In this document: one piece after another, positions 32,295-40,136 of the stretch | How the letters are laid out: every line of letters begins with the position of its first letter | How positions within the stretch are numbered: position 1 is the first letter of the stretch | DNA from: a virus | Taxonomy: Duplodnaviria > Caudoviricetes | Strand: one strand, 5' to 3' | Length of the DNA: 40,136 nucleotides | IMG/VR virus record: IMGVR_UViG_3300033181_000004 | Span: 1-40,136 of that record | Notes under the pieces: generated by a model | Databases searched by the model: none | What the model was told of the DNA's origin: nothing | Seen by the model: the letters and a program-made list of their open reading frames with translations, nothing else | Translations under genes and position numbers: made by a program

Positions 32295-34902
32295 CCAGTG
32301 GGACCAGATGTATGCCGATGCTGGCACACAATCGAATGTTGATCCGCTGCTGCTTAAAGCCCAGGGGATGGTCGAAAGCGGCCTCAATCCGAACAATGTA
32401 GGACCACAGACCCGTTCCGGCACGGCCAAGGGCATCGCGCAGTTCATTGACAGCACCGCACAGCAATACGGTGTGACCAACCCATTCGCACCGTCACAGG
32501 CCATCCCTGGCCAGGCCAAGATGATGGACCACCTGCTGACCAAATACGGCAACCCCGCCGATGCGCTGCGGGCCTACAACGCCGGGGATGACCAGTCGCG
32601 CTGGAATAATCCTGAGACACAGGCTTACACCGGCAAGGTGGCAACAGCTTACGCGCAGTTGCAGGCCGCTCAACAGCAACCAGGGGCATCCGTGGCAACA
32701 CCGCAGACAGATGCCGTTCTGGCACAGCTTAGGGGTGGGAGCACGCCAGCCGCCGCCCCACCGGCAGCCGATGCCGACCCGTACGTGACGCTTGGCGAGC
32801 AGGTGACTTCGGGCAAGCCGGCATCCTCGGCCGCAGCCGCCGCACCTGATCCCTACGTGTCCGCAGGCGAGGCCGTGACGGCACCGATCCTCGCCGCTCC
32901 GCCGGTAAACGCCGCGGCAGCCGATGTGCCGCAATCGATCGACCCGCCGAAAACCACCGTTCCCCTAATCGACAATTTGGCGTCCGGCGCGTTGCAGGGC
33001 GTGCGCGATGTGGTCGGCACCGGAGCCAACCTCGCCAAATACGTCGACGCCAATGTGCCGCTCCTATCCCGGTTGGATAGTTCAATCGGCATCGATGCGG
33101 GCGCAACGGCGAACAAGCTATTGGCGGATCGGCAGCAATACGAGGCATCGCCGGCCGGGCAAACGCTGGCGGGCGGCATCGGCCGGTTCGTTGGGCAGGG
33201 TGTGGCCACATTGCCCGCGCTCGGCCCCCTCGGTGGCGCGATCGGCGCGGGGGGTGAAGCGTTGGCCGGCGCCGCCGATGCAGTTTCGCCGGCGCTGGGC
33301 CGCGGCATCGGCGCGGTGGGCAACCTGCTGACCGGCACGGCATCGGGAGGCGCCAGGGCCGGCATCACAGCGAACATGCTGGTCAAGAGCGCGGGCTTGG
33401 CAGGGCAGGGCGCGGTTGCTGGCGCGGGATACGGTGCGTTGACCGCGGGTGCCAACGACCAGACGCTTGGCCAGAACATGCTATCCGGGGCCGAGGGTGG
33501 CGCCATCGCGGGACCAGCGATCGGTGCGGTTGCAGGGGGCATCGGAGCGCTGGGCAAGGGCGCCGGCTACTTGGCCAACAAGCTCACCGGCGCCAAAGAT
33601 CCTGCTGTTCAAGAGGCGATCGACGCCACGATTGCGCGGGCCAAGGCAGCCGTAGTGCCCGCTTCAAATAACCCGGTGGCGCCTTCAATCGCTCCACCGA
33701 CTTCTCCACCGACTTCCGGCAGCCCCGCGTCATTCACGGCCGGCGCACCGCTCGGCGCGTCACCGGCGCCCGCCAGCATGGGAGCCGCCGCCGTGCCACC
33801 GGGTTCCGCTCCCGCCATGACGGCGGCGCAGGCGAACGCCTCGAAGCTCACGGGCTTCAACTACAGGATGTCCCAACAGGCGCCGCTGGCCTACGACAAC
33901 ACGCCCTACGTTGCCGGTTCAACTCCGACGCTGGCCGAAGCGACAGCCGATCCGGCAATGGCGGGGCAGCAGCGGGTGATCGCCGCCGGCGACGCGGACT
34001 TCGCCAACCTGGATCGGAAGAATAACGAGGCGCGCTACGATCATTTCGACGATCTGGCTGGGACGCCAACTACCGTGCAGACGATGCAAGCGCAGCGCGG
34101 CGAGCAGGCCAGCGCCGATCTGCAGGCGGCATTCAGCAAAACCACGCCGGTGAGCACGGCTCCGGTGATGGACACCATCAACGGCATCCTGAACGACCCA
34201 AGATTGGGCGAGAACAGCGACGTAAAGCGTTACGTCGGGCAGGTGCAGCAGCAGATGCTTAAACCGGACGGCACGCTGAAAGACGACCCTGAGAACCTAT
34301 ACGGCGTGCGCGAGAACATCACCAACATGCTGAACAAGGCATCTGCCGCCAACGATCCGACCGTGGGCAATGCTGGTGGCCAGCTGCTGCAGATCAAAAG
34401 CGCGCTGGACAGTGCGATCGAGACGGGGGCGCCGGGCTACCAGCAATACCTATCGAACTACGCCACCGCCTCAAGGCCGATTGATGCCCAGCAACTGCTA
34501 CAGAGCTATCGACCGAACTTGGCGGGAGCGGACGGTACGATGCAGCTCAGCCGCGTGAACTCAATGCTCAAGAATATCGGTGGGCAGATGTCGTCGGGCG
34601 GGCTGTCACCTGCCAAGTCGCTCACCGACGATCAGCTGGACGGGCTGTTCAACCTGCGCTCGGACCTGCTGCGCCAGAACAACCGCAACTTGGCGCGGCC
34701 GGCCGGATCGGACACCGCCAACAATTTGAGCGTAATGGGTCAGCTCGGGACCGGGGCGGCGACGGCCGGCGCGCACGCCCTGGTGTCACACATCCCTGGC
34801 GCGAACATGCTGCTCAACGCCGTGATGGACAATGCTACCGGCAAAGCCGCCGCCGCGAACAGAGCGACGCTAAAGAACGCGCTGCTGAACCCGCCCCAGT
34901 AG
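32284..34902 (+). CDS. Large ejection protein with N-terminal lytic transglycosylase (SLT) domain
   Basis: VDPLLLKAQGMVESGLNP...AKGIAQF...ALRAYNAG...ETQAY. Start probably GTG 32284. Confidence 0.88.
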   Translation: MATSQWDQMYADAGTQSNVDPLLLKAQGMVESGLNPNNVGPQTRSGTAKGIAQFIDSTAQQYGVTNPFAPSQAIPGQAKMMDHLLTKYGNPADALRAYNAGDDQSRWNNPETQAYTGKVATAYAQLQAAQQQPGASVATPQTDAVLAQLRGGSTPAAAPPAADADPYVTLGEQVTSGKPASSAAAAAPDPYVSAGEAVTAPILAAPPVNAAAADVPQSIDPPKTTVPLIDNLASGALQGVRDVVGTGANLAKYVDANVPLLSRLDSSIGIDAGATANKLLADRQQYEASPAGQTLAGGIGRFVGQGVATLPALGPLGGAIGAGGEALAGAADAVSPALGRGIGAVGNLLTGTASGGARAGITANMLVKSAGLAGQGAVAGAGYGALTAGANDQTLGQNMLSGAEGGAIAGPAIGAVAGGIGALGKGAGYLANKLTGAKDPAVQEAIDATIARAKAAVVPASNNPVAPSIAPPTSPPTSGSPASFTAGAPLGASPAPASMGAAAVPPGSAPAMTAAQANASKLTGFNYRMSQQAPLAYDNTPYVAGSTPTLAEATADPAMAGQQRVIAAGDADFANLDRKNNEARYDHFDDLAGTPTTVQTMQAQRGEQASADLQAAFSKTTPVSTAPVMDTINGILNDPRLGENSDVKRYVGQVQQQMLKPDGTLKDDPENLYGVRENITNMLNKASAANDPTVGNAGGQLLQIKSALDSAIETGAPGYQQYLSNYATASRPIDAQQLLQSYRPNLAGADGTMQLSRVNSMLKNIGGQMSSGGLSPAKSLTDDQLDGLFNLRSDLLRQNNRNLARPAGSDTANNLSVMGQLGTGAATAGAHALVSHIPGANMLLNAVMDNATGKAAAANRATLKNALLNPPQ

Positions 34903-35277
34903 CAACTCTTGCTGCGCCAAGGGCATCGCTTCCCACTCCCTCATGGTCGGATGCCTTGGTGCGATATACTCCGGCTGGATGGGCCGTCGCCTCGCCTGCG
35001 CCCGCTTCTCGGCCCGCCAGAAGAACGTCGGCAGCGATGCCACCAGCCACGCGAAGCCGAGGCCAAACGTCCAGGTGAGGGCGTAATCCAACGGCGGCTG
35101 CTGGTTCGGTATCGCACCGATCATCGCCATGAATATCCAGCAGCTCGGAATGACCAACGCGATGGCCACCAGCACCCTCGCGAACCACTGGCCGAGCAGC
35201 CAGAAGTAGAACAGCCCCAGCCCGGCGAACAATCCGACGATCAACACCACGGCACGCACCCCCTGATTTACACGCAT
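34870..35277 (-). CDS. Multi-pass inner-membrane protein (superinfection-exclusion candidate)
   Basis: Three hydrophobic segments, opposite strand, directly after the ejection genes. Confidence 0.65.
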   Translation of the reverse strand: MRVNQGVRAVVLIVGLFAGLGLFYFWLLGQWFARVLVAIALVIPSCWIFMAMIGAIPNQQPPLDYALTWTFGLGFAWLVASLPTFFWRAEKRAQARRRPIQPEYIAPRHPTMREWEAMPLAQQELLLGRVQQRVL

Positions 35278-35281
35278 TCTG

Positions 35282-35572
35282 CTAAGCGCGATTTCGCGCC
35301 TGCCAGTAAAGAATTGGCCCCATTGCAATCAAGCACGTCACGCCCTCAGCGAACGCAACGCAGAGAACGAACTTCCACCCGGTTTGACTGTACGGATCGC
35401 CGCCATAAGCCTCGACGGCGCCCATATAGATCGGTCCGCCGATCACTAGCCCCACCGGCGTGCAGGCAAACCACGAACCGAGCAGCCAAGAACGAAGCAC
35501 CCCAAGGCCCACACCCGCCAAGACGATCCCACCTCCTGCCATCACAGCCACCCGCAGCACTGTTTCAAGCAT
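35282..35572 (-). CDS. Three-TM membrane protein
   Basis: GAGGG RBS before ATG 35572 (MLETVLRVAVMAGGGIVLAGVGLGVL...). Confidence 0.6.
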   Translation of the reverse strand: MLETVLRVAVMAGGGIVLAGVGLGVLRSWLLGSWFACTPVGLVIGGPIYMGAVEAYGGDPYSQTGWKFVLCVAFAEGVTCLIAMGPILYWQARNRA

Positions 35573-35659
35573 CGCAGCCGCCCTCGTTATGCAGGCGTCC
35601 TGTATGCCCTCCGTTACCGAATTGCAAACATATTCCGCAGCGTGCGGATAGGAGCCATC

Positions 35660-38600
35660 ATGTCCGAATCTTCGCCGCTCTCGCCGAACCAGCTCAAGGA
35701 CACGGTTCTGCTCAACGCGCAGTTCCATCAGGTGCCCGCGTCCAAACTCATGGTCACCGCGCCGAACGGCGTGCAAATGGCGCTGGGCGACTACCTCGCG
35801 ACATCGGGCGCCACCGGCATCACCACCGAGGCCACGCGTGCGCTCGCCGCCGAACAGGCGTTGACCACTGCCGTCAACAACGAGGCCACGGCCCGGCAGA
35901 ACGCGGCCGCGCTCACCGCCGGGCAAATTGCGGCGCTGTCCACCAGCGTGTCCACCCTCCAGGCGGTCACCAACACGGTTCCGGCCGCGCCGCCAGTGCT
36001 CGCAGCTCCCCCATCGTTCACAACACCCGCATCAAGCGTCATCACGCTGGTCGGCGTCACGTTCACCGATCCTGGTAGCGTGGTCGCAAACTACCCGTTC
36101 GCCATCACTTGCCTGCATGGCACGCTGTCCGTGGCGGGCGCCACTGGTGGAACGCTGGCGGGCAGCGGCACGGCATCGGTCTCCGGCTCCGGCAACCTGG
36201 CCACCGTCAAGATGGCGCTGGCGGCGATCGTCTACACCGCGCCCGTGGCCGCGGGCGTCGATGTCATTCTGATCTCAATAGCCCGCAGCACCACCGCCTC
36301 GTACAGCGCCACCATAGCCGTCACCATTGGTACCGCAACCGGAAGCGCCACGGGCAACAACGGCGGATACCCGCTGTTCGCCTTCCCCAGCGGCCCGTTC
36401 ACCGTCGTTGCCGGCAAGGCGCTGGCGGTTCCAGGGTTTGCCGTCACCGACCCCCCCGCAGTAACCGATGGCGGGGCCGGCGTGCTGTCTGTCACAGTGA
36501 CGGGCGGCGGCTCAACGCTGGCGATGGTGCCGAGCGGCGTCGCCATTGCGGGCAGCGGCACCGCCGCCATCAAAATTACCGGGACCGTGGCGGCGGCCAA
36601 CACGGCGCTGGCCACGCTGACGCTGACCGGAAGCACAGTCGGCACCGCGATCATCTCGGCCGTCTACACCGACATCATGGGGTTCGTCAGCCCCATCGTC
36701 ACCGCGAGCGTCACCGTTACCGCCGGCGCCGTCGTGTCACCTCCCGCAAATCCGGTGGGGCCGGTTGATCCCAGCCTGTCCGTGCCGTCGCTGTCGATTA
36801 CCCCCGGTGGCGTCCACACTTTCACGAACATCTACTGGCGGGATTCCTACGGCGCCACCAACACCGGCCTAGCGTTGGTCAACCTCACGGCCAACGCTGG
36901 CACTGTTACCGTGGCGCTGCAGGGAGGGGCCACCGTCACCAGCGGCACCAACGGCAGCGCGTTCGTGCGCGTCAGCGGCGCTTTCGCCGATGTGATCGCC
37001 TGCCTCTCCAACATCACCTACACCGCGCCGTCGACCGCCGGCAACGCCACGCTCAATGTCGACTGCTACAACGGCTATGGCCTTGAGTACTACCACCTCA
37101 TTCAGATCACTGTCAGCGCGGCGAACGCCATAGCCCTGCCGACCACGGTGACTGTCGATCGGAACACCGGAAGCGCCATCACCGGCATTGCCTTCGCATC
37201 CACCGTTGGCGCCGCGACGCCGGCCCAGTCATACAACCTGAAACTCTACACCAACGGATATTACGGCGGCGACCTGTCATTCTCCAACCTCTCCGGATGC
37301 GCTCTGGTGAGCGGCGGCACGCTCCATCAAGGTGCCAAAGGCGCCATCATCTCGGGCACCTATCCGAACCTCCAGGCGGCGCTGCAGACGTTGCAGTACG
37401 GCAGCTACACGTCGCAGCCCGACACCATCAACGCCTTTTTCACGGATAGCGCCGGCAACAACCTGCTGGTGTCCAACACCTGCACCATCACCATCACGGC
37501 GGGCGCCACGTACTCGCAGGGCACCACGCCCACCAATGCCTCTGCCACCGAAAGCGGCGGCTACAACCCCGGCAACCCCAACACCACCACCACCACCACG
37601 CCGGCGGCCGGGGCAGGCGCCGGAGCCGGAGCCGGAGCAACCACTATCTCCACCGGCCAAACGCCGCTGCGCATCGCCGACATGCTCGATAACCGCATCG
37701 GTTTCAACACCTTCAGCGGCTACGGCACCGGCACGGACTACGGCAACGTTTGGGGCGCCTACCCGTCAAACTTTCAAGCGCCGATGGTCATCTCGATGTT
37801 GCAGTGGCTGTTCAGCGGCACCGGCTTCACACCTCGAATTCGCGAGTACCACAAGGCCGCCGCCTACGCGCAGCAATTGCCCTGGATCCAGCAGGTCCAC
37901 AACGCAACCGGCGCGCTGTTCGAGCTGGCCGGTCAGCAACCAGTCGAAGTGGCCTCAGCCATACAGCTCACCACCGCGCTATCCAGCCAGTCGTTGACCG
38001 GCGGGCCGATCATCGACTGGCTGGAGCCGATCAATGAGCCGAACCTCAACAACTGGCCGATCGCGCAGGCCGTCGCGGCGCAGCAGCAGGTTCAAGCAGG
38101 GGTCGCATCCCTGCCTGGCGTCGGCGGAATCATGTCCAGCATCGTGCTGCTGGGCCAGCCGTTCACCGCGTATCTCAGCGGCTATGTCGACAGCAACGCC
38201 GGCTCCTACACGGCGACGCCCGGCACCACCGCGCTGGCGGCGATGTGCTCGGCCAACAACGCCCACATGTACCCTGGCACGGTCGGAGACCTCGACGACG
38301 GCTCGGCGAACCGGGGCATCATCGGCGATTTCATTACAAGTTACTTGACGACGTTTCCAAGCAACAAGCCGCTGCATTTCACCGAATACCATCCGACCTA
38401 CTACAACAACACCGCCAACGCCAGCACCGTGCAGTTTAACCAGCCTTATGATGCCTATTACTATATGTGGGCAATATTTAGCCTGTTTAAGAACTTCCAA
38501 TCTGGTCCCCTCTATTACTTTGCACTAGAAGATTACGGCGCGGCTGGAACCTTCGGCTATGCCACAGGGCTATTCGGCGCGGCCGGCCTGAGTGCGCCGA

Positions 38601-38995
38601 AACTGGCGGCGCTGTCGTTGCGCGCGTTGCTGCAACTCACCGGCGACACCGGCACGAACAAGCATAGTTTCGTGCCGTCGAACTTCGCCTACTCAATCAG
38701 CGGCATGGCCCCGCCGATCAATGCCGCTAGCCCCTACACCGGCGGACAGTCGATGGTGCTGGCAAGCTCGGATGGGCGCGTGTTCATCATGTTTGGCAAC
38801 CAGCAGGTGGTGCCGGGCGGGGCATCATCGCCCGCTGTCATCACGTTCAGCGCCGGCGCGGTCACGCGGGTCATCGAATACGACCTGACCACCAATCCGG
38901 CGAACGCCATGACACCCGTTCAGAACGTCACGGGTCTCAATAACATCACCAGCAACTTAAATCCCTCGATGCGGTTGCTGGTGATTACGCGCTGA
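35660..38995 (+). CDS. Large tailspike/adhesin: coiled-coil N-terminus, about 4 Ig/cadherin-like repeats, C-terminal clan GH-A glycoside hydrolase-like domain
   Basis: AGGAG RBS. E.TRALAAEQAL coiled coil. Repeated GT.SV.G.GT...SG......AL..L.Y units. WLEPINEPN and LHFTEY candidate catalytic glutamates. Confidence 0.75.
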   Translation: MSESSPLSPNQLKDTVLLNAQFHQVPASKLMVTAPNGVQMALGDYLATSGATGITTEATRALAAEQALTTAVNNEATARQNAAALTAGQIAALSTSVSTLQAVTNTVPAAPPVLAAPPSFTTPASSVITLVGVTFTDPGSVVANYPFAITCLHGTLSVAGATGGTLAGSGTASVSGSGNLATVKMALAAIVYTAPVAAGVDVILISIARSTTASYSATIAVTIGTATGSATGNNGGYPLFAFPSGPFTVVAGKALAVPGFAVTDPPAVTDGGAGVLSVTVTGGGSTLAMVPSGVAIAGSGTAAIKITGTVAAANTALATLTLTGSTVGTAIISAVYTDIMGFVSPIVTASVTVTAGAVVSPPANPVGPVDPSLSVPSLSITPGGVHTFTNIYWRDSYGATNTGLALVNLTANAGTVTVALQGGATVTSGTNGSAFVRVSGAFADVIACLSNITYTAPSTAGNATLNVDCYNGYGLEYYHLIQITVSAANAIALPTTVTVDRNTGSAITGIAFASTVGAATPAQSYNLKLYTNGYYGGDLSFSNLSGCALVSGGTLHQGAKGAIISGTYPNLQAALQTLQYGSYTSQPDTINAFFTDSAGNNLLVSNTCTITITAGATYSQGTTPTNASATESGGYNPGNPNTTTTTTPAAGAGAGAGAGATTISTGQTPLRIADMLDNRIGFNTFSGYGTGTDYGNVWGAYPSNFQAPMVISMLQWLFSGTGFTPRIREYHKAAAYAQQLPWIQQVHNATGALFELAGQQPVEVASAIQLTTALSSQSLTGGPIIDWLEPINEPNLNNWPIAQAVAAQQQVQAGVASLPGVGGIMSSIVLLGQPFTAYLSGYVDSNAGSYTATPGTTALAAMCSANNAHMYPGTVGDLDDGSANRGIIGDFITSYLTTFPSNKPLHFTEYHPTYYNNTANASTVQFNQPYDAYYYMWAIFSLFKNFQSGPLYYFALEDYGAAGTFGYATGLFGAAGLSAPKLAALSLRALLQLTGDTGTNKHSFVPSNFAYSISGMAPPINAASPYTGGQSMVLASSDGRVFIMFGNQQVVPGGASSPAVITFSAGAVTRVIEYDLTTNPANAMTPVQNVTGLNNITSNLNPSMRLLVITR

Positions 38996-39600
38996 TGCCT
39001 GAGCAGCCTGCCTTCGGATGGAATATTCCCGTCCCTGATCCATCGCTACTTACAACGGATCAGCTGCGCCGTGAACTTTCCGCACTAAAGGAAATCTTAT
39101 CTACCAGAATGGATTCGCTGGAGGATGCGAATAAGATATTCCATGAAAGTCTTTCAAGCGCGCCGACTATTTTAGATAGGGAAGTATCGAGGCTCAACGG
39201 CCTGTTCGAAGTGCGAATGAACTCCGTGCAGGTGCAGTTCCTGAATGTTCAGCAGCAGTTCGCAGAGCGCAAAGAGGCCGCAGCCGAAGCCAAGGCCAAC
39301 ACCGCCAGGCAGCTTGAAACTACCAGTTCCTTATGGGTGACGAAGACGACTGCGATTGACGACAAGATCGCCGCCATTGTGAGCCGGCTCGACCGGGGCG
39401 ATGGCGGCAGCTCAGGCAAGGCCGTCCAGCAGACCAGCGCGCTGGCGATCATCGTGGTGGTGATCTCCGCCATAAGCCTCGCACTTGCGGGCGTGTCACT
39501 CATCAAACCATCGGGCGGCGGAAGCAGCATGGCCCCGCAAGGCAATGTCACGGTGCAACAACCGAACGCGACCGGCAGCATCAGCAACGGCTCCCGGTGA
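38995..39600 (+). CDS. Coiled-coil protein with C-terminal TM (holin or lysis-associated candidate)
   Basis: TGATG coupling. PDPSLLTTDQLRRE..., TM ALAIIVVVISAISLALAGVSLI. Immediately upstream of the endolysin. Confidence 0.65.
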   Translation: MPEQPAFGWNIPVPDPSLLTTDQLRRELSALKEILSTRMDSLEDANKIFHESLSSAPTILDREVSRLNGLFEVRMNSVQVQFLNVQQQFAERKEAAAEAKANTARQLETTSSLWVTKTTAIDDKIAAIVSRLDRGDGGSSGKAVQQTSALAIIVVVISAISLALAGVSLIKPSGGGSSMAPQGNVTVQQPNATGSISNGSR

Positions 39601-39637
39601 CCGTCAACCAGCCGGCCGCACAGGGACTAATCGCCAA

Positions 39638-40136
39638 ATGATCTACCTCCCCACCGACCATCCCGCCGCGTTCCAGATCCTCGTGCTGGACGAGGGTAGT
39701 GCGCTCGACATGGCCCCGAACGACGGGGGCAACTGGACCGGCGCACAATCTGGCATCGGAACGCTGGGCGGGTCGCGCTACGGGATTTCCAGCGCGACCT
39801 ATCCCAGCGTCGACAAGGCCACGCTCACCGCTGCGGCGGCGGAGGCGATCTACCTGCGGGATTTCTGGACACGGCTGCGGTGCACGGACTTGCCGCCGCA
39901 GTTGCGATTCCTGGTCTACTCGTGCGGCGTGAACTCGGGACAGGGCGCGGCCGGAAGGTGGCTGCAACGGGCGTTGGCTGTCCATGGCGCTGTGAACTTT
40001 GGCGGTATCGACGGCTCCATTGGGGATAAGACCGTCAAGGCGGCCAACGCCGTTGCATCGCCGCTCACCCTGGCCTTGGAAATGACCGCGCAACGCCTGA
40101 ACGACGTGTCGCAAACTGCGATATTCGCATCTGATC
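39638..40136 (+). CDS. Endolysin, glycoside hydrolase family 108 (N-terminal part; continues across the junction to 211)
   Basis: Hand translation: MIYLPTDHPAAFQILVLDEGSALDMAPNDGGNWTG...SRYGISSATYPSVD...AEAIYLRDFW...LPPQLRFLVYSCGVNSGQGAAGRWLQRAL...IDGSIGDKT. Shows the GH108 EG..D.GG..YGI and VNxG..A...LQ..DG.IG.KT motifs. Missing from the ORF track because it has no stop before the window end. Confidence 0.9.
   Translation, partial: MIYLPTDHPAAFQILVLDEGSALDMAPNDGGNWTGAQSGIGTLGGSRYGISSATYPSVDKATLTAAAAEAIYLRDFWTRLRCTDLPPQLRFLVYSCGVNSGQGAAGRWLQRALAVHGAVNFGGIDGSIGDKTVKAANAVASPLTLALEMTAQRLNDVSQTAIFASD
40011..40136 (+). repeat. 126-bp terminal overlap, copy 2
   Basis: Identical to 3-128. Confidence 0.95.

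Larger units (their letters stand above)
1..40136. mobile_element. Complete circularly permuted P22-like (podovirus) bacteriophage genome
   Basis: Full set of terminase, P22-type portal/coat/gp4/gp10/ejection genes, lysis, cI/cro and replication modules. The ends overlap by 126 bp and no host chromosomal flanks are visible. Confidence 0.93.

Noticed and set aside
34909-36078. 389-aa plus-strand ORF
   Set aside because: Arg/Pro/His-rich shadow overlapping two minus-strand membrane genes and, out of frame, the tailspike start.
1-40136. Diversity-generating retroelement, retron, tRNA or integrase
   Set aside because: I recognised no reverse-transcriptase motifs, adenine-specific TR/VR pair, tRNA cloverleaf or recombinase catalytic motifs. 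This was a by-eye search only.

Overview
The window is a complete, circularly closed ~40 kb, GC-rich P22-like podovirus genome. Bases 3-128 are identical to 40011-40136, and the GH108 endolysin reads through that junction. The host is probably an alphaproteobacterium (inference from the rep, NusG and RHH gene types). The layout is lambdoid: lysis and late accessory genes (1-3.5 kb); a leftward accessory/recombination arm (3.6-9.6 kb; Bet, gp157-like, pentapeptide-repeat); a cI/cro-like switch with twin TGCAG-N5-CTGCA operators; replication genes (VRR-NUC, DUF1376-like, initiator); a NusG-like antiterminator; a trimmed cysD; then terminase, portal, scaffold, coat, gp4/gp10/gp26-like tail parts, ejection proteins and a 1111-aa adhesin/glycosidase. 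I see no integrase, partition ATPase, tRNA, CRISPR array or reverse transcriptase. The best candidate for an undescribed system is two paralogous cassettes. Each encodes a secreted glycine-zipper protein with a conserved leader and variable core, followed by a different tiny membrane protein below the ORF-track cutoff, which resembles a polymorphic microcin-like toxin/immunity pair. Other highlights: a 215-bp Tn3-family MITE with a 5-bp TSD that knocks out a DUF3309-like gene; a sulfotransferase-like/GNAT fusion in the tail module plus a phage cysD; an Acb2/Tad1-like anti-defence sponge among head genes; and two signal-peptide-bearing, fibre-like late proteins. All family assignments come from motif recognition by eye, not database searches.
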